From contig JBFOMH010000026.1 of NCBI GenBank assembly GCA_040830765.1, positions 32,001-96,000 on the forward strand: a stretch of 64,000 bases of DNA. Reading direction: 5' to 3'. Under the pieces are notes generated by a model. That model saw nothing but the letters and a program-made list of their open reading frames with translations, ran no database searches and was not told the origin of the DNA. Below are positions 20,080 to 29,536 of the stretch, piece by piece. This stretch comes from Puniceicoccaceae bacterium. GTDB taxonomy: Bacteria; Verrucomicrobiota; Verrucomicrobiia; Opitutales; Oceanipulchritudinaceae. Positions within the stretch are counted from its first letter, which is position 1; each line of letters starts with the position of its first letter. Position numbers and translations under genes: made by a program.

Positions 20080-20700
20080 ATGAGTATGCGCAATTGCCTC
20101 ATAATTTCCACGCTCCTTTGCATTTTGGCAGGCACCGCTTCCGCGGAGGAGCGAATTGTCTGCCTTGGGGACAGCCTCACGGCCGGCTACGGCCTGGAAC
20201 CGGAGCAGGCTTATCCGAGTATTCTGGAGTCCTTGTTAACAGAGCGGGGCAGGGCTGTTACTGTCGTCAATGCGGGCGTCAGCGGGGACACCTCAGCCGG
20301 CGGATTGCGACGGCTGGGCTGGATCATGCAGCAGGAGATCGATGTCCTGGTCATTGCCCTCGGGGCCAATGACGCTCTCCGCGGGCAGCCGGTGGACTCA
20401 ACCGAAGGGAACCTGCGGGGGATTATCCGGACCGCCCGGGAGAAACAGCCGGATATTACCATCATCCTTGCCGGCATGCGGGCACCACCAAACATGGGAG
20501 GGGATTATGCCTCCCGGTATGAGGCGATTTTTCCTAAATTGGCGGCAGAGGAATCGGTGCAACTGCTGGACTTCCTCCTTGAGGACGTGGCAGCGCGCCC
20601 GGAGCTCAATCTAGCCGATGGCATCCATCCGAACGCCAAGGGCCAGCGATTGATTGCCGAGAACCTGGCGAAGTTGGTGAATGGAGAAAACGAAGCCTAA
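20080..20700 (+). CDS. tesA: SGNH/GDSL arylesterase / acyl-CoA thioesterase I
   Basis: GDSLTAGYG, NAGVSGDTS, LGAND, DGIHPN; signal peptide from MSMRNCLII (20080 or 20086). Confidence 0.92.
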   Translation: MSMRNCLIISTLLCILAGTASAEERIVCLGDSLTAGYGLEPEQAYPSILESLLTERGRAVTVVNAGVSGDTSAGGLRRLGWIMQQEIDVLVIALGANDALRGQPVDSTEGNLRGIIRTAREKQPDITIILAGMRAPPNMGGDYASRYEAIFPKLAAEESVQLLDFLLEDVAARPELNLADGIHPNAKGQRLIAENLAKLVNGENEA

Positions 20701-23238
20701 TCAAGGATTCACGCTAATCCGGAAAAAGCGATAAGCCGGCACATTAACGGGAATGGTTTCAATGATGGTCGTGGATGCGCCCGTAGCCGTATGGCTGGAG
20801 CCGATCGGATCCCATTCGGCAAGGTCCGGACTGGCGAGGATGGAGTAGGAGAGACCGATGACGGAATCAAATGTGATCTCCACCTGATCGCTGCTCATCT
20901 GGAAGTCCGTTATTCGGAAAGCGCTGGATGGATCCAGGGGATCGGTGCGACTGCCGAAGAGCTCATCGTAGTCATCCAGTCCATCCCCGTCGGAATCGGC
21001 CTTGAGGGGATTTGTCCCATAGACATTGGTCTCATCGGAATCGCTGATGAAGTCTCCGTCACTATCGGGCCCGGCATCCAGGACAACTAGTTCGGTCAGC
21101 GCCCCAATCATGGGCCCGGCGCCGTTGTTGGCGACGGCGAAATAGTTTCCCGCAGAACCCGGTGTGGCCGTGAAGGAGTAATCCTCCATCGTGCTGACCG
21201 GTGCACCTGAATGGTACCATTGATAGGCCAGTGAGCTGGACGAGGTTACGGTGATTTCCAGATCCACAGTCTGGCCATCCTTTACGACGACTTGGGAGGG
21301 TGGTTCACTGGTGAAGACTGGCAGTTCCGTCGTGCCCGTTAAATGCAGGAAGGCCGCATCGGCAATAAAGCTTCCGGAAAGATCCGTATCCGCATCGGTG
21401 GTGACGCGTTCGATGGAGAGCCGTACGAAAGCCGTATTGGCGGGTGTCGTTGCCTCGAGAATCCAGGGAGTCGCCGTGGCCGGGGTGGCGTTGTCGACGA
21501 TGGTCGTCATGGATTCGCTCAACACGGATTCTCCGGAATCAAGGAACTCAATGCGCAAGCGGCCAAGGGCACCGGTGCCAATAGGGTCAGAACCATGGTT
21601 GGCGGCCAACAGGCCATAACGGAGGTCTTGTCCCGCAGTGGCGGTGACTGTCTGGACAAATCCCGTGCGGTTGTCCGGATCAGAGGGTGGGGCGATGGCA
21701 TCATCCTTGAGGAAAAGGCTTGTTGCAGCAAGGCGGCCGGCAGAGCCGGTGGGGCCGGTTGTTTCCAGTCCGACTTGGATAAAGGGAACGCCGGATGCGG
21801 GGATGTCCGCTTGGAGAGTAAAGTCACCCCCGGCGACAACGGACGTTGCCACGTCGGTAAAACTGTAGTCCGGATTGAAGATGCGAATGAAGGCAGATGC
21901 TTCGTTTCCTGCAGCAAAGGTCTCCTCAATGGCCACTGTTCCGGTGTAAGTAAGGCTCAAGCCCTGCACCACAGCCCCATCCAGTTGCCGGAAGACAACG
22001 GCATTGGCCCGTGGAGGAGGTGATGTCTGGTAAATCGATATGGTGACGGAATCGTCTGAGGTCGTGGCCGGAATGGTTGAAGGGTCAATGGATCCGAACG
22101 CTGTAATTTCGCCACCTTCGTCTTGCTGATTGAGCCAGCCGCTCCAGGACCCGGCTGAGCCATCGGTAAGGAGGTTGGGTGCGGGTTCGCCTCCGGTATC
22201 CGGCGAATTGAGCGGATTGATTTGAACGGAAGCCGCTCCATGAAGGGCCCCAGTAGTGACACTGGCCAGGTTGCCATCGTCCTGGGTGTTCCAATTGGCC
22301 CATTGCGGACCTTGATATTCCTCAAATCCACCGCTGGCCAGGTCGCTTGTCGTGCTTGCAGGCTGCCATACACGGACCCAGTCAATAAGGAAGTAGGAGG
22401 GGAAGATTCCATTGTCTGCCGGCACCCCATCAAATAATCCCCCGACCGCTGCATTCATGATCAAGAACATGGGGCCCTGTGGGATGGCCTGGGCATCCGT
22501 GAAGACAACCTGATCGTCCCACCAGGTGGTTATGCTGGTTGAGGTCCATTCGAGACCATACTCATGGAAACTGGTCTGGAGGTTGACGCCTGTATCCAGG
22601 GTATCGGAATTGTACTGGTTCGAATTGTTCGGACCGACCTTGAAATGATGGGCACTGCTGGTCTGGGTCGGCCGTGAACCCCAGCCCTCCATGATGTCAA
22701 TTTCATCGTCCCAGTACCATGGGTCCGGAGCATTCAGCATCCAGAGCGCCGGCCACATTCCCTGGCCAGCCGGCAACTGGGCCCGCCACTTGAGAATTCC
22801 AAAGGTGAACTGGAATTCGTCGGCGGTATTCAATTTGCCCGAGGTGTATTCATGATAGCCCGGGGTGTAAAGGCCGACGGGATCCGTCACAGTCTCATAA
22901 TCAGCCTTGATTTCCAGAATACCATCGCTCACGGAAACATTATCGGGCGTATAGTACTGGCGTTCGTCATTAATGGTTCCGGCCTGCAGCCAGGGTTCGA
23001 ATTCATCATTGAACCAGTGGGGCTCGACAAATTGCCCATCGCTGGCCCGCTGGTACCAGGCATTTACCCCGACGTTGACGTCCCATTTGCTGGTATCGAC
23101 CGTGGCCCCCTCGAATTCGTCGTTCCAGACTATCCGGTAGCCGGGGATGTTCAGCTCGGTATCCGCGTGGAGAGCCAGACATGTCATTGCCAATAGGCCA
23201 GTCATCCAGCAAGAAGAAAGTTTTGCATTAAAGTGCAT
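20701..23238 (-). CDS. Secreted GH16 glucanase with CBM-like, Ig, DxDGD-repeat and FFRI terminal domains
   Basis: WNDEFEG, YTSGKL, GMWPALWML, catalytic EIDIME, FHEYGLEW; DSDGD repeats; ends YRFFRISVNP; start moved to MHFNAK at 23238. Confidence 0.9.
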   Translation of the reverse strand: MHFNAKLSSCWMTGLLAMTCLALHADTELNIPGYRIVWNDEFEGATVDTSKWDVNVGVNAWYQRASDGQFVEPHWFNDEFEPWLQAGTINDERQYYTPDNVSVSDGILEIKADYETVTDPVGLYTPGYHEYTSGKLNTADEFQFTFGILKWRAQLPAGQGMWPALWMLNAPDPWYWDDEIDIMEGWGSRPTQTSSAHHFKVGPNNSNQYNSDTLDTGVNLQTSFHEYGLEWTSTSITTWWDDQVVFTDAQAIPQGPMFLIMNAAVGGLFDGVPADNGIFPSYFLIDWVRVWQPASTTSDLASGGFEEYQGPQWANWNTQDDGNLASVTTGALHGAASVQINPLNSPDTGGEPAPNLLTDGSAGSWSGWLNQQDEGGEITAFGSIDPSTIPATTSDDSVTISIYQTSPPPRANAVVFRQLDGAVVQGLSLTYTGTVAIEETFAAGNEASAFIRIFNPDYSFTDVATSVVAGGDFTLQADIPASGVPFIQVGLETTGPTGSAGRLAATSLFLKDDAIAPPSDPDNRTGFVQTVTATAGQDLRYGLLAANHGSDPIGTGALGRLRIEFLDSGESVLSESMTTIVDNATPATATPWILEATTPANTAFVRLSIERVTTDADTDLSGSFIADAAFLHLTGTTELPVFTSEPPSQVVVKDGQTVDLEITVTSSSSLAYQWYHSGAPVSTMEDYSFTATPGSAGNYFAVANNGAGPMIGALTELVVLDAGPDSDGDFISDSDETNVYGTNPLKADSDGDGLDDYDELFGSRTDPLDPSSAFRITDFQMSSDQVEITFDSVIGLSYSILASPDLAEWDPIGSSHTATGASTTIIETIPVNVPAYRFFRISVNP

Positions 23239-23396
23239 ATTATTGAGTGGAAGGGACAATCGGCTCTGATGCAATGCTGGAAAACAAAAACCTGTACCCG
23301 GGATTGCTGCGCGTATTGGTCTGAGTCCGTGCCGGGCGAGTTTAGGATTTGGCAAATAGGTTGGCAAATCCTGTCAAAGGGCAGTATGGTGTGGCC

Positions 23397-24368
23397 ATGA
23401 ATTACCGCACATTAGGAAAGACAGGCTACAACGTCTCGGCGATCGGATTTGGGGCATGGGCCATCGGGGGAACATCCTGGGGCAAGCAGGAGGATGACGA
23501 TTCCATCAAGGCTCTTCATGAGGCCATCGACCGGGGAGTGAATTTCATCGATACCGCGGCCGGGTACGGGGGTGGCCACAGTGAGCGGCTGATCGGCAAG
23601 GTCCTGAAGGAGCGGTCGGAAGAGATCAAGGTGGCGACCAAGACGCCCCTGAAGTTCCCTGGCACCTGGCCGCCATCGCCGTATGACAATTGGGAGGACC
23701 GCTACGGGGAAGCCTACCTGCGGGAAAACGTGGAGGAGCGACTCCGCTGCCTCGGTGTGGAGTGTCTGGACCTGCTCCAGTTACACACCTGGACACGGGC
23801 CTGGAACCGCGATCCGAAGCCGTTTGAAATTCTCCGCAAGCTGCAGGCGGAGGGGAAGATTGCCAAGATAGGGGTCTCCACGCCGGAGCAAGACCAGAAC
23901 GCCGTTATTGACCTGATGCGGGATGGCTGGGTCGATTCGGTCCAGGTCATCTACAACATTTTCGAACAGGAACCAGCAGCTGAACTGTTGCCGGTGGCCG
24001 AGGAACACAACGTCGGTATCATCGTCCGGGTGGCGATGGAGGAGGGTGCCCTGACTGGCAAGTTTACTGAGGAGACCAGTTTCCCTGAGAGTGACTTCCG
24101 CAGCACCTATTTCGCCGGTGAGCGAATGGGCCGCGTCGTCCGGCGGGTCACGAAAATCAAGGAGGACTTCCCTGGGACCAACCTTGCCGAGCTGGCCCTG
24201 CGCTTTGCCTTGCAGCACCCGGCCGTCAGCACGGTCATCGCCGGCATGCGCAATCCCCGCCAGGTCGAGCTCAACGTTCCCGTCGGGGATATGCCGCCAT
24301 TGTCAGACGAAACGATGGAGAAGCTCCGCCATCACACCTGGCTGAAGCAGTTCTGGCATTCGTATTGA
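23397..24368 (+). CDS. Aldo/keto reductase
   Basis: MNYRTLGKTG, IGFGAWAIGG, FIDTAAGYG, VATK, DLLQLH, QVIYNIF. Confidence 0.93.
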   Translation: MNYRTLGKTGYNVSAIGFGAWAIGGTSWGKQEDDDSIKALHEAIDRGVNFIDTAAGYGGGHSERLIGKVLKERSEEIKVATKTPLKFPGTWPPSPYDNWEDRYGEAYLRENVEERLRCLGVECLDLLQLHTWTRAWNRDPKPFEILRKLQAEGKIAKIGVSTPEQDQNAVIDLMRDGWVDSVQVIYNIFEQEPAAELLPVAEEHNVGIIVRVAMEEGALTGKFTEETSFPESDFRSTYFAGERMGRVVRRVTKIKEDFPGTNLAELALRFALQHPAVSTVIAGMRNPRQVELNVPVGDMPPLSDETMEKLRHHTWLKQFWHSY

Positions 24369-24375
24369 GCGAGCC

Positions 24376-25752
24376 TCAGGTTAGTTCCCGCAGCGCGGCT
24401 GCGAGGGAATCCGCCTCGGTCTTGGCATAGAGTTGCATCGGATCGAGGACTGCTGCCCCCAAAGCTTCTTCGAAGGCCTCCTGGTTGGCGGAGGTGTCGT
24501 AGTTGCTTTGCTCATCCGAACCGAGATTGGACTGGAAGATTCCCGCCGCCGAAACCGGCAGGAAATCCTCATAGGTCTGGGGATCGGCGATGAGGGCACC
24601 GGATTCAATTAAGGTTTCCAGGTTGTCCGATTTGCCCGCCGGCACTTTTCCCGGGCCGGCGCGATAGCGGAAATAGGCCAGGCCCTGCTGGCGGAGCTCG
24701 TCGAAGTTGTCCGGAAAGGCGGCGAAGCGATTCTCCAGTTCGGCCATGTAGTCAGCCGCATGCTCGCCTTGAGGCCCGATTTGGACGGCGGCCCGGGTCC
24801 GGGCCAGCAAGTCATCATAGTGTGCGCGGCCTGCAGGCGTGAGGGCCACTCCCCGCTGCTCAATTTCACCAAAGCGGGCGGTATGGGAACCCGCCTGACC
24901 CCTTTGTCCCTCTCCAACGAAGAGGACGCCCTCTTCCAGTGCCTTGAAGGAGGTCTGGCGCAGAAGGATGGGCGCGGCTCTGCGCGGCGGTCCCTCGACA
25001 ACCGCCTTGGGGCTGATGTTGCGCTGCGGCATGCGCTGCTGGACGGCGTCGATATCGAGGGTGCGCGGAGTCAGGTGGTTGATGTGGGGGCCCTTGAAAC
25101 TGACCACATCGGCGATGAGCCGGTGGGCATCGTGCAGGCGGGCATAAGTGGCCTTGTCGACGGTTGCTTCACTGTGCCAGCGGAAGGTCTCCAGTGCTTC
25201 CGTGACGAAGGACCCGGCGTCTTCCGAAGAGAGTCCGCCATTGGACTCAGCCTGGTCGATAAGTCTCATGGCCTTGTCGGTAACGATTTGCCGGCGGGAA
25301 AGGATGCCTGCGGCCACCTCCGCAAGATCGGGATCTTCTATTAATTCAAGCCGTAGCAGTGAAGTGAATACACGAAACGGATTGTGCTGCAGGGAGGACT
25401 CGGTGAGGGGCCGGAAGGCGGTCGAATGCACGGGGATGCCGGCCACCGAAAGATCGTAGTAGCCCACTGGATACATCCCCATGACCGCGAACATGCGCCG
25501 GATAAGGGCCAGTTCGGCGGGCGTGCCCAGCCGGATGGCCCCATGCCGTTCCACATCAAGCCGGCCGATTTCCCCGGACGCTGTCAGACGCTCCTTAAGG
25601 GCCGGGTCGGCTGCCAATGTCTCCGCATTGACCTCGCGGACTAGTTCCATAAGGGTCCCGTATTGCGGAACCTCCGTCCGGTACATGTCCGACATGGCGG
25701 AGGAGAACAGGGTCCGGATGTCATCCGGATGCATGAAGGCGGGTGTATCCAT
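24376..25752 (-). CDS. hglS: 2-oxoadipate dioxygenase/decarboxylase (hydroxyglutarate synthase, DUF1338, YdcJ-like)
   Basis: FSSAMSDMYRTEVPQY, ERHGAIR, HINHLTPRTLDID, HTARFGEIEQRG, YEDFLPVSAAGIFQSNL. Confidence 0.93.
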   Translation of the reverse strand: MDTPAFMHPDDIRTLFSSAMSDMYRTEVPQYGTLMELVREVNAETLAADPALKERLTASGEIGRLDVERHGAIRLGTPAELALIRRMFAVMGMYPVGYYDLSVAGIPVHSTAFRPLTESSLQHNPFRVFTSLLRLELIEDPDLAEVAAGILSRRQIVTDKAMRLIDQAESNGGLSSEDAGSFVTEALETFRWHSEATVDKATYARLHDAHRLIADVVSFKGPHINHLTPRTLDIDAVQQRMPQRNISPKAVVEGPPRRAAPILLRQTSFKALEEGVLFVGEGQRGQAGSHTARFGEIEQRGVALTPAGRAHYDDLLARTRAAVQIGPQGEHAADYMAELENRFAAFPDNFDELRQQGLAYFRYRAGPGKVPAGKSDNLETLIESGALIADPQTYEDFLPVSAAGIFQSNLGSDEQSNYDTSANQEAFEEALGAAVLDPMQLYAKTEADSLAAALRELT

Positions 25753-25755
25753 TCT

Positions 25756-27258
25756 TCAAATCTCAAACTGAACTCCCTGGGCGAGCGGCAGGGCAGCAGA
25801 GTAATTGACGGTTGAAGTCTGCCGGCGCATGTAGCCCTTCCAGGCATCGGAGCCGCTTTCGCGGCCACCGCCGGTGGCTTTTTCCCCGCCAAAGGCACCG
25901 CCTATCTCGGCTCCTGAGGGCCCGATGTTGACATTGGCAATCCCGCAGTCGGAACCAACGGCCGAGAGGAAGGTTTCCGCTTCCCGCACGTTGAGGGTGA
26001 AGATGCAGGAACTGAGCCCTTGCGGGACGGCGTTCTGGATTTCGATCGCTTCCTCGAGGGTCTCGTAATTCATGACGTAGAGGATGGGCGCGAAGGTTTC
26101 AGTGCGCACAGTCTCGGTCTGTCCCGGCATGAGTACGAGGGCCGGCTTCGCATAGACACCGCCCGGCGTGCCCACTGTCACTGGTTCGCCTCCAAAGACA
26201 ACGCCGCCTTCGCTTTTGGCCTGCTTGAGGGCTTCCTGCATGTTGGCCAGTGACTGCGGGTCAATCAAGGGTCCGATCAAGGTGCCTTCTTCGCGTGGGT
26301 CCCCGATCGGCAGGGAGGCGTAGGCGGCTTTCAGTTTCTCCATCAGCTCATCGCATATGGAGTGATGAACAATGAGCCGGCGCAGGGAGGTACAGCGTTG
26401 CCCGGCGGTCCCGACAGCGGAAAAGACAATTGCCCGGACCGCCATTTCCAGGTCCGCAGACGGCGCGACGATCATGGCATTGTTGCCGCCCAGTTCAAGG
26501 ATCGGCTTGCCCCAGCGGGCCAGGACCTTGGGACCAACGATGTTGCCCATGCGGGTGGAGCCGGTCGCGGAAAGTACCGGGACGTCCTGACTTTCCACGA
26601 GGACATTGCCAACATCCGGGCCGCCAATGACAACCTGTGCCAGTCCGTCCGGTGCGTCTGAGCCGAATCGGTAGACCGCTCGATCAAAGATCTTTTGACA
26701 GGCCAGCGCGGTCAACGGGGTCTTTTCCGAAGGCTTCCAGATAACCGGATTGCCGGTGGCAATTGCGAGGGCAGCGTTCCATGCCCAGACCGCCACGGGG
26801 AAGTTGAAAGCGGTGATGATGCCGACCGGGCCCAACGGATGCCACGTTTCCCGCATAGCATGTCCCGGGCGTTCCGAGGCGATGGTCAGGCCGTACAACT
26901 GGCGCGACAGGCCGACCGCGAAATCGCAGATATCGACCATTTCCTGTACTTCCCCGAGGCCTTCCGAGACAATCTTCCCTGCCTCAAGGGTAACCAGTGC
27001 GCCCAAGGCATCCTTGGCCGCCCGCAGTTCCTCACCGAGCAGACGAATCAACTCCCCCCGGCGCGGGGGCGGCACCTGGCGCCATTCCTTAAACGCCGCT
27101 TGGGAGCGGGCAATGACTGCCGGCACGTCTTCGGCCTTCAGTTCGTGGACGGCGGCGATCTCTGCACCGTCGATGGGGGAACAAACCCGCAGGGTACCAC
27201 CGGTCCGTTCGCTTTCATTCAAATTCAATTCCGCCAATACTGATGCCGGATTCATCAT
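25756..27258 (-). CDS. amaB: L-aminoadipate-semialdehyde / piperideine-6-carboxylate dehydrogenase (ALDH7 family)
   Basis: GLSRQLYGLTIASERP, AFNFPVAVWAWN, ELGGNNA, GTAGQRCT, GGEKATGGGRESGSDAWK. Confidence 0.92.
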   Translation of the reverse strand: MMNPASVLAELNLNESERTGGTLRVCSPIDGAEIAAVHELKAEDVPAVIARSQAAFKEWRQVPPPRRGELIRLLGEELRAAKDALGALVTLEAGKIVSEGLGEVQEMVDICDFAVGLSRQLYGLTIASERPGHAMRETWHPLGPVGIITAFNFPVAVWAWNAALAIATGNPVIWKPSEKTPLTALACQKIFDRAVYRFGSDAPDGLAQVVIGGPDVGNVLVESQDVPVLSATGSTRMGNIVGPKVLARWGKPILELGGNNAMIVAPSADLEMAVRAIVFSAVGTAGQRCTSLRRLIVHHSICDELMEKLKAAYASLPIGDPREEGTLIGPLIDPQSLANMQEALKQAKSEGGVVFGGEPVTVGTPGGVYAKPALVLMPGQTETVRTETFAPILYVMNYETLEEAIEIQNAVPQGLSSCIFTLNVREAETFLSAVGSDCGIANVNIGPSGAEIGGAFGGEKATGGGRESGSDAWKGYMRRQTSTVNYSAALPLAQGVQFEI

Positions 27259-27285
27259 GTCGATTTTCCTTTAGAGTAGGTTAGC

Positions 27286-28416
27286 TTAAGGAGCCTCGCC
27301 GTAGCGGGATCCGTTCTCGGTTTTCAAAAAGGCTTCCAGGGGAACGTCTTCCTGCTTCAGGAAGCCGTTTTGGGGCAGTGAGCCGTCACGCACCATCTCG
27401 ATGACTGCCGCTACTGAGGAGGCAGTCGTCCAGGCAATGGCCCTCCGCTGCTTGCCCATGATATCGAGAGGCTTGAGGGCACGGACGAATTCGAGGCGCT
27501 GCAAGCGGCCTTCCACTTCCCCTTCCGCGGCTGCATGAATGTAGACGATGTCATCGTCAACCGGCGGCTTTGCATGAACCAGAATCTCACCGGCCTCCTG
27601 ACGCCGTTCATGCATCAGCAGTTCATGGAAAAAGAAGTTCATCAGCTGCACATGCCCCGGATAGCGCATGGTCTTGTAGTCCATGTCGGGGACACGCCCA
27701 TGGTAGGTTTCGCACATGGTACCGAGTCCGCCGGAGGTCGTGAAGGCCTCGAGCTCAATTCCGCCAATGACAATTTTTTCAATCCACTCCATTGGTGAAA
27801 CCCATTTGACTTCACCACCTTCGAGAACCTGGCAGTCATTGAGGTATTCATTGACCACGCCTTCTGGGGACCAGTTGAAGGAATAGCCCATGAGGCCGGC
27901 TGGGTGTTGGGGAAGCGCACCCACACGCATCTTGCAGGAGCGGCAGTTGGCGAATTGGCTGATCAGGTGCGCCCCGACAATGCCAATGAATCCCGGGGCC
28001 AGTCCGCATTGCGGTGCCATCAGTCCCCTCGAGGACTCCGCCAATTTACGGATAGCCTGGGTCGTCGGGACATCTTCCGTCAAATCGAAGTAATGCAAAC
28101 CCAGCTCATGCGCCACCTCTGCGACGCCACGGTTTAAAAAATAGGGCAGACAGGAAAGGACCGCGTCCCGGTTCGCCAGCGCTTTCTGGAGGCTGGTCTT
28201 GTCAGCGACATCCGTCGCCTCAATGGCAAACGGCAGTCCCTCGAATTTCCGGGTATCGAATCCTGTCACTTCAAATCCCGAACCATGGAGCAGCTCACCA
28301 GCCAGCCGGCCGACCTTGCCCAGACCGAGGACAGCTATCTTTTTCAAGCCTTTCGTGGAAGAGGTGTTCGTTCCGTCTGAAGCCGACGATTCCGGGACCA
28401 GTGAAGCATTTTTCAT
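27286..28416 (-). CDS. Saccharopine dehydrogenase family protein, probable lysine 6-dehydrogenase
   Basis: GLGKVG Rossmann motif, YFDLTED, CGLAPG, VGALP, WSPEGVVNEY, EAFTTSGG, YKTMRYPGH; operonic with amaB and hglS. Confidence 0.85.
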   Translation of the reverse strand: MKNASLVPESSASDGTNTSSTKGLKKIAVLGLGKVGRLAGELLHGSGFEVTGFDTRKFEGLPFAIEATDVADKTSLQKALANRDAVLSCLPYFLNRGVAEVAHELGLHYFDLTEDVPTTQAIRKLAESSRGLMAPQCGLAPGFIGIVGAHLISQFANCRSCKMRVGALPQHPAGLMGYSFNWSPEGVVNEYLNDCQVLEGGEVKWVSPMEWIEKIVIGGIELEAFTTSGGLGTMCETYHGRVPDMDYKTMRYPGHVQLMNFFFHELLMHERRQEAGEILVHAKPPVDDDIVYIHAAAEGEVEGRLQRLEFVRALKPLDIMGKQRRAIAWTTASSVAAVIEMVRDGSLPQNGFLKQEDVPLEAFLKTENGSRYGEAP

Positions 28417-28493
28417 GGAAAGAATGGGGTAGGGGGTTATCCGGCCCGACTCAACAGGCTGGTCCTGTATTCAGACATTCAATAGCCGTTGCG

Positions 28494-29378
28494 TCAACAG
28501 TTGTCAGCCGATTGAAAGGCACCGCTTTCCGTCCTATTAGGATTGCTGTTCCTGATGCTCCCGGCCAGTGCCCCAATTGCGAATAGCTCCCATCCAAACG
28601 GGATATAGCCGCCATATCCAGCCAGCGGCATTTCAAAAACATGGAGCACCTCCAGGTAGGGAATGGAGTAAATCCATTTCGGGTAGGCGTAGATATTCCA
28701 CATCTCCCAGAAGAATCCGCAAACCAGGGCACCGAGCCCGAAGGCGATGGTGTTTGACAAGGTACCATAGGCAACCTGCCTGATAAGGGAGGGCCGTCCG
28801 CGGAGGGCATTGAGCGGATCCAGAATGAAGAAAACCGATAACCACATGAGGGGGAAGAAAATCCTTGGGAAGGCCAGCATCAGGCCCAGCATGATCCAGC
28901 CGCTTGCGCACAGCCCGAGCAACAAGTTGCGACCCAGTTGGCAGTTCCACCGTCCTTTGAGGTTCTTTATCCAGCCAACCGTGAGGAGAAGTTCAGCCGT
29001 TCCAAACACCGCTGGAATGACCGTTGAGAAGGATAAGGAGGAAAAGAGAAAGTACTCCAAATCCGTGAACGACTCTCGTCCGAGATAACTCCAGTTCTGG
29101 GTGACCAGGTTCAGCACCTCAAACAGCCACCAAACCGGAATCGAAAGCAGGAAAAGTCCGGCATAACGGAGCCTGCTCCGATGGATCAGTGAGGTGCCGC
29201 AGCGCTGAAAGACCCATCCGTCAACCACCAGGCAGTAACCGAGCCACTGCGGAAAGAACAGCCAGTGCGTGCGCAGTCCTTCCAGTCCCCAGTTGAGGAC
29301 CCAGGCCACCGCCACCAGGACCAGGCCGATCCAGAATCGGATCGGGAAACTCCCTTTATGCGCAGCGGTTGGGCTCAT
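28494..29378 (-). CDS. Hypothetical integral membrane protein with two similar halves
   Basis: About 8 hydrophobic segments; repeated pattern WWLFEVLN...NWSY and FFWEMWN...KWIY. Confidence 0.75.
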   Translation of the reverse strand: MSPTAAHKGSFPIRFWIGLVLVAVAWVLNWGLEGLRTHWLFFPQWLGYCLVVDGWVFQRCGTSLIHRSRLRYAGLFLLSIPVWWLFEVLNLVTQNWSYLGRESFTDLEYFLFSSLSFSTVIPAVFGTAELLLTVGWIKNLKGRWNCQLGRNLLLGLCASGWIMLGLMLAFPRIFFPLMWLSVFFILDPLNALRGRPSLIRQVAYGTLSNTIAFGLGALVCGFFWEMWNIYAYPKWIYSIPYLEVLHVFEMPLAGYGGYIPFGWELFAIGALAGSIRNSNPNRTESGAFQSADNC

Positions 29379-29536
29379 GGTGCAAGGTATCTGCCAGCAT
29401 AGTGACAGGGGTCTTTACGCTGCAATGAAAAAGCCCGGAATTGCCAAGCGCATGCAGCGCTGTGTTGGTCCAGAGTAGGTACGCCGACCTGCCTGTTGTC
29501 GTAGCGAATCTACTAGATTGAATAGCAGAGACTGGG

